A stretch of 64,000 nucleotides of DNA from Nannocystis sp. Its GTDB lineage: Bacteria; Myxococcota_A; Polyangia; Nannocystales; Nannocystaceae. Numbering within the stretch: position 1 is the stretch's first letter; each line of letters starts with the position of its first letter. Position numbers and translations under genes: made by a program. The stretch lies in the NCBI RefSeq assembly GCF_016717175.1, contig NZ_JADKFZ010000004.1; one strand, 5' to 3'. The notes beneath the pieces were generated by a model. That model was not told the DNA's origin. It made no database searches and saw only the letters and a list, made by a program, of their open reading frames with translations. Positions 36,110-45,585 of the stretch are shown piece by piece.

Positions 36110-38260
36110 GTGGGCGCTGCGATGGACCCGTCCGAGCCCACGCCCGCGAAGCCGCGGCCCGAGGTCGACCTGCAGGCGACGGGCTACTTCAAGGCGCTGC
36201 CGACGAGCTCGCGGGTGGCGGGGCTGTGGTCGCAGCTGGGCCTGCTGATCGGCGACCGCCTGGCCCTCGTGATCCGCGACGACCACGTGTTCCTCATCCT
36301 GATGGCGGCGGTGGTCGGCGTCACCAGCGGGGCGGCGGCGGGCGCCCTGCTCGCGTGGATCGGCTACGCCTTCGAGCTGTTCCCGCGCGACGAGGGCGGC
36401 GACCCGCTGCTGCGCTGGGCCGTGGTGCTCGGCGTACCCGTGCTCGGCGGGCTTCTCGCGGGCGGGCTGCACTTGCTGCTGCGCCGGGTGATCCGCCAGC
36501 CGACGGTGCTCGGGATCCCGGCGGTGATCGAGGCGATCGCCCGCGGCGGCGGTCGCATCGGCGGGCGCCAGGCGGTGGTCGTGGGGGTCGGCACCGGCAT
36601 CACGATCGGCAGCGGTGGATCGTGCGGGCACGAGGGGCCCTCGGTCGCGATCGGGGCCGCGGTCGGATCGGTGCTGGCGCGCTTCTTCGGCCTGCGGATG
36701 CGCTGGCACCTGTCGATGGTCGGGGCCGGCTGCGCGGGCGGCCTGGCGGCGGCCTTCAACGCGCCGCTGGCGGGGGTCATCTTCACCGTCGAGATCGTGT
36801 TCGGCGGGGCGATCGGCGGCAACGTGGGCACGATGTCGGTGTTCGTGCCGCTGATCGTCGCGGCGGTCGCGGGGACCCTGACCTCGCACGCGATCCGCGG
36901 CGAGCACCTGACCTTCCACGCGGTCCAGCACGGCGACGGCATGCTCGCCGAGATGCTGTTCTTCGTGGCCCTCGCGGCGATCGCCGGGGTGGTCGGCACG
37001 GCCTTCGGGCGGGCCATGATCGTGACCACCCGCTGGTTCGATCAGCTGCGCGCGCCGCTGTGGGTCAAGCCGGCGATCGGTGCGCTCGGCGTCGGCTTGC
37101 TGGCGGCGCTGGTGTCGAACGAGCTGCTCGGCGCGGGCCACTCGACGCTGGCGCGCGCGCTCGACGGCAGCCTCGGCTGGAAGCTGGCGCTGACCCTCGG
37201 CGGGCTCAAGCTGGTGACCACCGCGATGACGGTCGGCAGCGGCGGCTTCGGCGGGGTGTTCATGCCGTCGCTGTACGTGGGGGCGTGCCTGGGCACGGTG
37301 GTCGCGGTGATCGCCGAGGCGGCGCTGGGGCCCGGGGTCGAGAGCGCGGGGGTCTACGCGCTGGTCGGGATGGGGGCGATCTTCGCGGCGACGATGCACG
37401 CGCCGCTGACCCCGATCGTGATGATCTTCGAGCTGACGCAGGACTACGCGGTGATCCTGCCGCTGATGTTGGGCTGCATCCTGGCGGTGTTCGTGGCCCG
37501 CCGGACCTACCCGCTCAGCTTCTTCAAGGACACGCTGCGCAGCCGCGGGGTGATCCTCGGGCACGAGGCGGAGGTCGAGGTGATGAAGCGCGGCCACGTC
37601 GCCGACCTGATGCTGCCGGCCCCGGCCGTGCTCGCGTCGGCGGCCGACCTCGAGACGATCCGCAAGGCCAGCCTCGAGGCCGACATGCGCGCGACCTTCG
37701 TGGTCGACGACGGCGGCGCGGTGATCGGCTTCATCAACGGCAACCAGCTGGCGCGCCGCATGCTGACCGGCGAGCTGCACGCGGGCTCGACCGCGATCGA
37801 CGTGATGGGCACCGCCGGCCTGCCGTACCTGTACACCAGCGACACCCTCGCGGGCGCCATGCTGGCCTCGGCCCGCTCGGGGATGGAGGTGCTGCCGGTG
37901 GTCGACGACGAGCGCCACCTGCTCGGCGTGCTGCGGCGCGGCGACCTGCTCGCGCACTACAGCGACAAGGTGCTCGGCGAGCAAGAGGAGGCGGTGCACC
38001 TGCACGGCGAGGGCGCGCCGGGCCACGAGGTCGGGCTCGGCAAGGGCATCATCCTCGAGCACCTGGTGGTCAGCCGGCGCTGGGCCGGGCGCAGCCTCGC
38101 GGCGCTCGACCTGCGCGGCGAGACCGGGGTCACCGTGCTCGAGTGGTTGCGTGGCGACGCGGTGCTGCCGGTCGACCCGAACGCGGCGCTGCGCGAGGGC
38201 GACGTGCTCGCGGCGGTGGGGACGCGCGAGCAATTTCTCAAGGCGCGGCGGCTGCGGTGA
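36110..38260 (+). CDS. ClC-family voltage-gated chloride channel / H+-Cl- antiporter with C-terminal CBS pair and TrkA-C domain
   Basis: ClC motifs GSGGSCGHEGP, GVIFTVEI and GGFGGVFMPSL, followed by CBS domains and a C-terminal RCK_C-like VVSRRWAGRSLAALDLRGETGVTVLEWLRG. Confidence 0.85.
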   Translation: MGAAMDPSEPTPAKPRPEVDLQATGYFKALPTSSRVAGLWSQLGLLIGDRLALVIRDDHVFLILMAAVVGVTSGAAAGALLAWIGYAFELFPRDEGGDPLLRWAVVLGVPVLGGLLAGGLHLLLRRVIRQPTVLGIPAVIEAIARGGGRIGGRQAVVVGVGTGITIGSGGSCGHEGPSVAIGAAVGSVLARFFGLRMRWHLSMVGAGCAGGLAAAFNAPLAGVIFTVEIVFGGAIGGNVGTMSVFVPLIVAAVAGTLTSHAIRGEHLTFHAVQHGDGMLAEMLFFVALAAIAGVVGTAFGRAMIVTTRWFDQLRAPLWVKPAIGALGVGLLAALVSNELLGAGHSTLARALDGSLGWKLALTLGGLKLVTTAMTVGSGGFGGVFMPSLYVGACLGTVVAVIAEAALGPGVESAGVYALVGMGAIFAATMHAPLTPIVMIFELTQDYAVILPLMLGCILAVFVARRTYPLSFFKDTLRSRGVILGHEAEVEVMKRGHVADLMLPAPAVLASAADLETIRKASLEADMRATFVVDDGGAVIGFINGNQLARRMLTGELHAGSTAIDVMGTAGLPYLYTSDTLAGAMLASARSGMEVLPVVDDERHLLGVLRRGDLLAHYSDKVLGEQEEAVHLHGEGAPGHEVGLGKGIILEHLVVSRRWAGRSLAALDLRGETGVTVLEWLRGDAVLPVDPNAALREGDVLAAVGTREQFLKARRLR

Positions 38261-38264
38261 GGCT

Positions 38265-38894
38265 TCAGCGGGCGCGCGCGCAGCCGAGGAGACCGGGGCG
38301 CACGACGATCGGGAGGTCGAGCGGCTGCTCGCGCAGCTCGCTGACATCGAAGCCCGCGGCGATCAGGTCGGGCCGCGGGTCGCGGGTCGGATCGCAACCG
38401 CCGAGGCACAGCTGCCAGGCTGGACGGAGCAGGCGCTGAGCCAGGCGCAGCGGGCCGCGGGCGGCGGCGATGTGCTCGGCCAGCAGCAGCGGCGCGCCGG
38501 GTCGCAGCAGGCGGCGGGCCTCGGCCAGCAGCGCCGGGACGCGGCGGGCCGAACACAGCACGAAGGTGATCACGACGGCGTCGAAGGACGCGTCGGGCAG
38601 CGGCAGCGGGCGCGCGCCGGACTGCACGATCACGGTGGAGGGGCGGCCCCATTCGGCCAGGCGGGCGCGAGCGTGGGCGGCGAGGCCCTCGCTCGGCTCG
38701 ACCGCGACGAGCGAGGTGACAGCGGCGGGGTAGTGCGGGAGGTTGGCGCCGGTGCCGAAGCCGATCTCGATCACGCGGCCCGAAGCGGGGGCGAGCAGCT
38801 CGCCGCGCAGCGGATCGACGCCTCGCATCCCGCGATCGAGGATCCGCGCCAGGAGCTGGCGCTCGTACCACACGCCGAATCGTCCCCGGGCCAT
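38265..38894 (-). CDS. class I SAM-dependent methyltransferase
   Basis: Motif I VIEIGFGTGANL and DAVVITFVLCS. It lies at the 3' end of ORF 38265..39443. ATG is near 38894. Confidence 0.75.
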   Translation of the reverse strand: MARGRFGVWYERQLLARILDRGMRGVDPLRGELLAPASGRVIEIGFGTGANLPHYPAAVTSLVAVEPSEGLAAHARARLAEWGRPSTVIVQSGARPLPLPDASFDAVVITFVLCSARRVPALLAEARRLLRPGAPLLLAEHIAAARGPLRLAQRLLRPAWQLCLGGCDPTRDPRPDLIAAGFDVSELREQPLDLPIVVRPGLLGCARAR

Positions 38895-38908
38895 GCGCGA
38901 GGCTACGG

Positions 38909-39223
38909 CTAGGCGCGCGTGACGTGCAAGGCCGCGGCGCGCAGGCCCACGGCCAGGAGCACGAGGCCGGTGCCGGCGATCGCCCAGTCGAGGCCAGTGG
39001 TGCTGCCGGCCGCGCTGCCGGCCGCGATCGCGGGCAGGAAGCCGAGCAAGGCGAGCGCTCCGCCGAGGCCGGCGCCCACGTGGAGCAGGACGTCGCTCGG
39101 TCGGCGCAGGCGAGTGGAGGGCAGGGCGCCGAAGCGACGGCGCCGGAGCCAGCGCAGGCCGAGCACCAGCGCGGCGATCAGCGCGAGCTGGGCCGCGAGC
39201 CAGAGGGCGATGTGACCGATCAA
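38909..39223 (-). CDS. small hypothetical membrane protein
   Basis: 104 aa with 3 predicted TM helices (MIGHIALWLAAQLALIAALVLGL...). It ends 15 nt before the methyltransferase start. Confidence 0.3.
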   Translation of the reverse strand: MIGHIALWLAAQLALIAALVLGLRWLRRRRFGALPSTRLRRPSDVLLHVGAGLGGALALLGFLPAIAAGSAAGSTTGLDWAIAGTGLVLLAVGLRAAALHVTRA

Positions 39224-39435
39224 CGCGGCGGAGCTGCCAGTCGAGCGCGGGGCGCTGTGGGTCGCACCGACCAGCGCAGCGAGGCCGAGCAGGACGAGCA
39301 GGGCGAGCGACAGCCGCAGCTGACGCAGACGCTCGCGCAGGGCGGCGTGGCTCCCAGGTTGCTGCGCTGCGGCGGTCAGGGCGTGAGCATAACGCCAGGA
39401 TGGTCAAGCGCGGCCCCCGGTGGTAAAGCGCGGAC

Positions 39436-42243
39436 GTGAGCACCCCCGCGAAGCCTCAAGGCGGCCCTGGCAGCGTCTTCCTGATCGACGGCAGCAACTT
39501 CATGTTCCGGGCCTTCCACGCCCTGCCGTCGCTGACCTCGCCCGCGGGCGTCCCGGTCAACGCGCTGCACGGCTTTGTCCGCATGATCCAGGCGCTGCGC
39601 AAGGAGTTCGCGCCGGAGGTGTTCGTCGCGGTGTTCGACCATAGCGGGCCGACCTTCCGCAACGCGCTGTTCCCCGACTACAAGGCCCACCGTCCGCCGC
39701 CGCCCGAGGACCTGATCCCGCAGATGCCGCTGGTACGCGGGGCCACCACGGCGCTCGGGCTGCCGGCGATCGAGGCCGTCAACTACGAGGCCGACGACAT
39801 CATAGCGACCTACACGATGCAGGCGCAGAAGCTCGGGCGTCGCGTCGTCATCCTGTCGTCCGACAAGGACCTCATGCAGCTGGTCGACGACGGCAGCGAG
39901 ACGCGCCCGCCGGTGCTGCTCTACGACACGATGAAGCAGAAGCTGCTCGGGTCGGCGGAGGTGCTGGAGAAGTGGGGCGTGCCGCCGGCCCAGCTCGGCG
40001 ACCTGCTCGCGCTGACCGGCGACAGCTCTGACAACATCCCCGGGGTGCCCGGCATCGGCCCCAAGACGGCGGCTGGGCTGCTCGCCGAGTTCGGGTCACT
40101 CGAGGCGCTCCTGGCCGCGGCCGGATCGATCAAGCAGGCCAAGCGCCGCGAGGTGCTGCAGGCCAGCGTCGCCGCGGCCCGCCTCAGCCGCAAGCTCGTG
40201 GAGCTGGTGCGCGACGTGCCGGACCTGCCGCCGCTCGAGAGCCTGGTCGACCATGGTCCGAACGCCGAGGTGATGGACGCCTTCTTCGCGCCGCTTGGGG
40301 TGCGCTCGCTGTCGGGTCGCTCGGCGCGGGCCGTCGCGGCGCAGGCGGGTCGCGGCCCCGAGGGCCCGCTCGAGCTGCGGCCCGGCGCGCCGCTGGTCCT
40401 CGATCGCACGCGGCTGCGGCTGTTCCGCGCCGCCGACGAGGCCGCGCTGAAGGTGTGGATCGCCGCGGCCCTGGCGAAGGCGAGCGAGCTGGCGCTGCAG
40501 GTCACGGTCGACGTCGGCGACGCGACCCAGGCGCATCTGGTCGGTCTGGCGATCGCTCCGCACGCGGCCGCGGCCGATGAATCGGGCGACGAGATGTGGC
40601 CCGCCTACATCCCGGTCGGGCACACCGGCGACGCGCTGCTGGCCGGGCAGTTCACGCGCGAGCGGGCGCTGGAGCTGCTGCGGCCGCTGTTGACGGCGCT
40701 GCCGGTGTGGGCCCACGCGGCCAAGTTCCAGGCGATCGTGCTGCGCCGCTTCGGCGTCGAACTGCCGCGGCTCGCGGGCGACCCCAAGCTGGCCTCGTAC
40801 ACCCTCGATCCGGCGCGCACGACCCACACGCTGGCGGAGCTGGCCAAGGACCTGTTCGCGCACGTGACGCTCACGCACGAGTCGGTGCTCGGCAAGGGCA
40901 AGAAGGCGGTGTCCTTTGCCGGCGCGCAGATCGATCAGGCGGCCGCGTACGCGTGCGAGCGGGCGCTGCTCACCGGCCAGCTCGGGCGCCACCTGCGGGC
41001 CTCGCTCGACGCGGCCGGGCCCGCGATCGCGGCGCTCTTCGACCAGCTCGAGATGCCGCTGTCGCGGGTGCTGGAGAAGCTCGAGGAGCGCGGGGTCGCG
41101 GTCGACATCAAGGTGCTGGCGGCCCAGGGCAAGGCGATCGGCGCCGAGATCGACAAGCTGCGCGCCGAGATCGAGGCCGAGGCCGGCCACCCGCTGAACC
41201 CCGACTCGCCGCTCCAGCTGCAGAAGTTCCTGTTCGAGGAGCGCGGGCTCGAGGCGACCAAGAAGACGAAGACGGGCTACAGCACGGACGCCGCGGTGCT
41301 CGAGGAGCTGGCGCAGCTCGACCCGATCGTCGGGCCGATCCTCGAGTACCGGACCCTCACCAAGCTGAAGGGCACCTACATCGACACGCTGCCGCAGGCC
41401 GTCAACCCGCGCACCGGTCGGCTGCACACCAGCTTTCGCCAGGCGGTGGCGCAGACCGGGCGGCTCTCGAGCAAGGACCCGAACCTGCAGAACATCCCGG
41501 TCCGCACCGAGATCGGCCGGCGGATCCGCGAGGCCTTCGTCGCCGGACCGGGCAAGGTCCTGGTCGCGCTCGACTACTCGCAGATCGAGCTGCGGATCCT
41601 GGCGCATCTCTCGGGCGACAAGAACTTCGTCTCGGCCTTCCGCGATGGCGTCGACGTCCACCGGCGCACCGCCGCCGAGGTGTTCGCGGTGCCCGAGGCC
41701 GAGGTCACGCCGGAGCAGCGGCGCGTGGCCAAGGCGGTCAACTTCGGCGTGATCTACGGGCAGACGGCGTTTGGCCTGTCGCGCTCGCTCGGCATCCCGC
41801 GCGGCAAGGCGGGCAGCTACATCAAGGCGTATCTCGAGAAGATCCCCGGCATCACGCGCTACCTCGACGAGCTGGTCGACATCGCCGACCAGCGCGGCTA
41901 CGCCGAGACCATCTTCGGGCGGCGGCGGCGGATCCCGGAGCTGGCCCGCAAGGGCGCGTCGCGCAACTACGGCGAGCGGATCGCCCGCAACACGCCGATC
42001 CAGGGCAGCGCGGCCGACATCATGAAGCGGGCGATGATCGCGGTCGAGGCCAGGCTCGGCGAGGTGACGTGGGCGCAGATGCTGCTCACGGTCCACGACG
42101 AGCTGATCTTCGAGTGCGAGGCGGCCCGCGCCGACGAGCTCGTGGCGATCGCGCGGCCGCTGATGGAGCAGGCCGCCGAGCTCAGCGTGCCGCTCCACGT
42201 CGACGCGGGGCGCGGCACGAGCTGGGCGGCCTGCAAGGGCTGA
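39436..42243 (+). CDS. polA: DNA polymerase I
   Basis: 5'-3' exonuclease N-terminus (VFLIDGSNFMFRAFHALP), polymerase motif A (LVALDYSQIELRILAHLS) and motif C (LLTVHDELIFE). Confidence 0.9.
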   Translation: MSTPAKPQGGPGSVFLIDGSNFMFRAFHALPSLTSPAGVPVNALHGFVRMIQALRKEFAPEVFVAVFDHSGPTFRNALFPDYKAHRPPPPEDLIPQMPLVRGATTALGLPAIEAVNYEADDIIATYTMQAQKLGRRVVILSSDKDLMQLVDDGSETRPPVLLYDTMKQKLLGSAEVLEKWGVPPAQLGDLLALTGDSSDNIPGVPGIGPKTAAGLLAEFGSLEALLAAAGSIKQAKRREVLQASVAAARLSRKLVELVRDVPDLPPLESLVDHGPNAEVMDAFFAPLGVRSLSGRSARAVAAQAGRGPEGPLELRPGAPLVLDRTRLRLFRAADEAALKVWIAAALAKASELALQVTVDVGDATQAHLVGLAIAPHAAAADESGDEMWPAYIPVGHTGDALLAGQFTRERALELLRPLLTALPVWAHAAKFQAIVLRRFGVELPRLAGDPKLASYTLDPARTTHTLAELAKDLFAHVTLTHESVLGKGKKAVSFAGAQIDQAAAYACERALLTGQLGRHLRASLDAAGPAIAALFDQLEMPLSRVLEKLEERGVAVDIKVLAAQGKAIGAEIDKLRAEIEAEAGHPLNPDSPLQLQKFLFEERGLEATKKTKTGYSTDAAVLEELAQLDPIVGPILEYRTLTKLKGTYIDTLPQAVNPRTGRLHTSFRQAVAQTGRLSSKDPNLQNIPVRTEIGRRIREAFVAGPGKVLVALDYSQIELRILAHLSGDKNFVSAFRDGVDVHRRTAAEVFAVPEAEVTPEQRRVAKAVNFGVIYGQTAFGLSRSLGIPRGKAGSYIKAYLEKIPGITRYLDELVDIADQRGYAETIFGRRRRIPELARKGASRNYGERIARNTPIQGSAADIMKRAMIAVEARLGEVTWAQMLLTVHDELIFECEAARADELVAIARPLMEQAAELSVPLHVDAGRGTSWAACKG

Positions 42244-42251
42244 TCAGGAGA

Positions 42252-42809
42252 TCACAGGCCGCAGTCGGCGCCGCAGCTGCCCATCACGCACATGTACGCC
42301 GCGAGGACGACCGGGTTCATGAACGGGTCGACCATGCACTCGCCCAGGCAGGTCATTGGATCGCCGCCCATGCCGACGCACTCGAACACGCAGGCGCAGT
42401 CCTGATCGGCCTGGCAGGCCGTGGCCTGGTCGCAGCAGTTGGCCTTGGTGCAGCTGGTGCAGGGGTCGTCCTGGGGGTCGGGCATGCACTGGTCGATGTT
42501 GCCGGTGCTGCCGCCGCCGGTGCTGCCGGGGTCGGTGTCGGGGCCGCTGGTGGTGACCGGGTCGGTGCCCGCCGAGGTGCTGTCGCCGCTGGTCGACTGA
42601 CCCTCGCTGACGCCCGACGTGCTCGCCGATTCGCCGGTGGTGGTCGGCACGTCGGTGGTGCTGGAGGCCGAGGCGCTGGTGGTGCTCGCAGCTTCGGTGG
42701 CGCCGCTGGTCGAGCCGGCGCTGCTGGTGTCGCCGGAGTCGCCGCAGGCGCCGAGGCAGACCAGAGCAGCGAGGGTGGAGGCTAATCGGTAGGAAGATAG
42801 AACATGCAT
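42252..42809 (-). CDS. small Cys-rich secreted lipoprotein
   Basis: Lipoprotein signal (MHVLSSYRLASTLAALVCLGACGDSG). After a Ser/Thr-rich linker comes a 16-Cys C-terminal domain (CMPDPQDDPCTSCTKANCCDQATACQADQDCACVFECVG...CGADCGL). Confidence 0.6.
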   Translation of the reverse strand: MHVLSSYRLASTLAALVCLGACGDSGDTSSAGSTSGATEAASTTSASASSTTDVPTTTGESASTSGVSEGQSTSGDSTSAGTDPVTTSGPDTDPGSTGGGSTGNIDQCMPDPQDDPCTSCTKANCCDQATACQADQDCACVFECVGMGGDPMTCLGECMVDPFMNPVVLAAYMCVMGSCGADCGL

Positions 42810-42872
42810 GCGGCGAGTGTACGGGTCCGGACCCGCCCAGACCACTGCCACGATCGCAGGCCGGTGCCAGCG

Positions 42873-44198
42873 TCACGCCTCGCGCGCCCACTCGCTCTCG
42901 AGCGCGGCCCAGTCGACCTCGGCCTGGAGGCGCGCCAGCACGGCGTAGAGTCCGAAGCGCAGGCGAAACAGGAACAACATGCGACCGGGGAGGCGAAGGT
43001 TGATGATGGCCCGCTTGTCCCGCATGACGCCGGGGCCGGCGAGGCCCGCGTCGGGCGCGATGCGCCGCTTGCCTGGCGCCAGCAGCGGGGCGAAGAAGGC
43101 GCGCAGCAGCTGGCGCACGTGATCGCGACCGTGCCTGTCCTTTGGGGCATGTCCGCCGATCGCCGCGATCGCGGCCAGGAGCTCCGGCTCGTCGTCGTCG
43201 CGGGTCGCCGCGGCCAGGCGAGCGAAGCCTCGCCGCATCGCGGGGTCGAAGCGGCGGACGCAGCCGAAGTCGTAGACGACGATGCGGCCGTCGGGGAGGA
43301 AGGCGAAGTTGCCGGGGTGGGGGTCGGCGTGGAACAGGCCGTCGCGGTAGAAGCTGCGCAGCCAGAAGCGGAACAGGGCCGCGCCGGCGGCGTCGCGCTC
43401 GGCCTGCGTGGGTGCGCCGGCGAGGAAGTCGGCGAGTGAGCGCCCGGGCGTCCAGCGGGTGACGAGCACCGACGCGGCGCACAGCTCGGTGATCACCTCG
43501 GGCACCACGATCACCGGGTCACCGGCGAAGGCGCGGGCGAAGTGCCGCTGCTGCTCCGCCTCGCCCAGGAAGTCGCACTCGCCGAGGAAGGCCTCGCGCG
43601 CCTCCTCGATGCAGTCGCGGATCGACGCGGCGCCGGAGACCGCGGCGAACAGCTTGCCGACGCCGGCGGCGCGGAAGTCGGCCGCGATCGCGGCCTCGAT
43701 GCCGGGGTGGCGCACCTTGATAGCGACCTCGCGGCCGTCGGGGAGCCGACCGCGGTGGACCTGGCCGATGCTGGCGACGGCGATCGGGGCCCGCTCCATG
43801 CCCGCGAGCAGCAGGTCGGCGCGCTCGCCCAGGGCCTCGCGGAGGCGGGCCTCGACCGCGGAGAACTCGGTGCAGGGCGCGGCGGTCTGCAGCAGCGAGA
43901 GCATGCCCTGCAGCTCGGGCGGCAGGCTGGCGTCGACGTAGCCGAGCATCTGCCCGGCCTTCATCGCCACGCCCTTGAGCCCGCCGAGGCGGGCGACCAG
44001 CTCGGCGATCGCCTCGGGGTCGAGGTCGTCGCCCCGGCGCCCGCGCAGCAGCGCCGAGCCGAGGCCCACCGCGCTGCGGCCGGTCCGCCACATGCGCCCG
44101 ATCGTCGAGGTCGGCACCGCCTCCGCCTGTCCAAGCATCCGCGCCCGCAACTCCGCCGTGAAATTTTCGCTGGTCATGCGTCCTCCTGATGTTCCCAA
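42873..44198 (-). CDS. ABC1/UbiB-family atypical protein kinase
   Basis: AVASIGQVHRGRLPDGREVAIKVRHPGI (kinase VAIK), HADPHPGNF (catalytic loop) and VYDFGC (DFG-like). Confidence 0.8.
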   Translation of the reverse strand: MGTSGGRMTSENFTAELRARMLGQAEAVPTSTIGRMWRTGRSAVGLGSALLRGRRGDDLDPEAIAELVARLGGLKGVAMKAGQMLGYVDASLPPELQGMLSLLQTAAPCTEFSAVEARLREALGERADLLLAGMERAPIAVASIGQVHRGRLPDGREVAIKVRHPGIEAAIAADFRAAGVGKLFAAVSGAASIRDCIEEAREAFLGECDFLGEAEQQRHFARAFAGDPVIVVPEVITELCAASVLVTRWTPGRSLADFLAGAPTQAERDAAGAALFRFWLRSFYRDGLFHADPHPGNFAFLPDGRIVVYDFGCVRRFDPAMRRGFARLAAATRDDDEPELLAAIAAIGGHAPKDRHGRDHVRQLLRAFFAPLLAPGKRRIAPDAGLAGPGVMRDKRAIINLRLPGRMLFLFRLRFGLYAVLARLQAEVDWAALESEWAREA

Positions 44199-44839
44199 GA
44201 TGTGATAGTCACTATCATGTGAGAGTGACTACCAAAAGTCCAGACGAGAAACCGGCGGCGAAGATCGACGGTCGGGCGCGGCGGCGGCTGGAGTCGATGG
44301 CGCGGATCCAGGCCGTGGCGCTCGATCTCTTCGAGGCGCAGGGCTTCGAGCAGGTCCCGATCGAGGCGATCGCCCGCGCGGCGGAGGTCGGCCCGGCGAC
44401 CATCTACCGCAACTTCGGCAGCAAGGAGCGCCTGGTCCTGTGGGACGAGTACGACCCGATGCTGCTCGAGGCGATCGCGGCCGAGCTGGCCGAGCACGAG
44501 GTGCTCGCGGCGGTGCAGCGGGCGCTGGTCGGGTCGCTCGCCGCGATCTACCGCGACGAGCGGGCCCGCATCCTGCGCCGGGGACGGCTCATCCGCGCGA
44601 CGCCGGCGCTGCAGGTGGTCGCGGCCGCCGACGCGGTCATGCTGCGAGTGGCGCTCGAGCAGGTGCTGCTGGCGTCGCGCCGCGCCGCCGACCCGCTGGC
44701 GGCGCGGGTGTTCGCGGGGGCGATCGTCGCCACGATCGTGGCCGGGGTCGATCGTTGGCTCGACGGCGAGGGCCGCGAGCCGCTCGCGCGCTGCTTTCAG
44801 CGGACCATCGCCCACCTGCGTCGACTCGCCCTCGCCTGA
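44189..44839 (+). CDS. TetR-family transcriptional regulator
   Basis: The HTH is ARIQAVALDLFEAQGFEQVPIEAIARAAEVGPATIYRNFGSKERLV. The true start is probably the GTG at ~44219-44225, which would place the operator palindrome upstream of or over the start. Confidence 0.8.
   Translation: MFPRCDSHYHVRVTTKSPDEKPAAKIDGRARRRLESMARIQAVALDLFEAQGFEQVPIEAIARAAEVGPATIYRNFGSKERLVLWDEYDPMLLEAIAAELAEHEVLAAVQRALVGSLAAIYRDERARILRRGRLIRATPALQVVAAADAVMLRVALEQVLLASRRAADPLAARVFAGAIVATIVAGVDRWLDGEGREPLARCFQRTIAHLRRLALA
44203..44228. promoter_or_regulatory. putative TetR operator: 8-bp perfect inverted repeat TAGTCACT-N10-AGTGACTA in an AT-rich divergent promoter region
   Basis: Direct reading: gatagtcactatcatgtgagagtgactacc. 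It is the only AT-rich stretch locally and sits between the divergent UbiB-kinase and TetR genes. Confidence 0.5.
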
Positions 44840-44942
44840 GCGCAGGCGTGGTCGTTGGCGAGGGCCCGGGCCGCGACTCCGCCCATCGCCCGCGTTCGCT
44901 GTTCTGCGGGCACGCACGGGCACGTGGCCGCGCCACTGGCAG

Positions 44943-45518
44943 ATGCGCCGCGCTCCTGATAGAGCGCTCTGCATGATGATGGAGATGTTCGGCGGCGTGT
45001 TCGTGATGATGCTGTTCGCCTACAGCCTCGTGCCCCTGTTCCCCTTCGTGTACGTGCTGCTGCGCTGGCGGCAGGCGCGAGAGGGCGGCGCCCCGGATCC
45101 GCAGCTCGGGCTCAAGGTGGCGGTCTACTACTTCATGACGATCGGCCTGCACGTCGTGCTGATGGCGCTGGCGCTCGGGCTCTACGGGCTCATCGTCGAT
45201 CGCGCCCCGGAGAGCATGATGCGCGCGGCGGCCGGTCTGCTGCTCGGCGGCGGGATCGTGTACGGCCTGCACCGGGCGATCCTCAGCCGCGTGGTCGATG
45301 CGGCGCGGCGGGCCAACGTGGCCCGCGTGTTCGCGGGGCTCAACGTGGTGCTCTGCGGGCTCATCGGCATGGGCGCGTTGATCGGCACCAGCGTGCTGCT
45401 GCTGCAGGAGCACGTGCCGGAGGAGGCCTTCAAGGTCGCCGGTGTGGTGATGGTCGTGTACCTCGGCGCGTGGGCGCAGCAGGCCCGCGTCCTGATCGGG
45501 ATGAGCGAGGCTGCCTGA
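44943..45518 (+). CDS. hypothetical integral membrane protein
   Basis: 191 aa with 4-5 TM helices (MMMEMFGGVFVMMLFAYSLVPLFPFVYVLL...). Function unknown. Confidence 0.5.
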   Translation: MRRAPDRALCMMMEMFGGVFVMMLFAYSLVPLFPFVYVLLRWRQAREGGAPDPQLGLKVAVYYFMTIGLHVVLMALALGLYGLIVDRAPESMMRAAAGLLLGGGIVYGLHRAILSRVVDAARRANVARVFAGLNVVLCGLIGMGALIGTSVLLLQEHVPEEAFKVAGVVMVVYLGAWAQQARVLIGMSEAA

Positions 45519-45585
45519 TCGCGCGCGACGCGGGCGAGGTCCAGCGGGCTCGCAAATTCCTCGCGCGCCCGCTAGCTTCGGGCGC

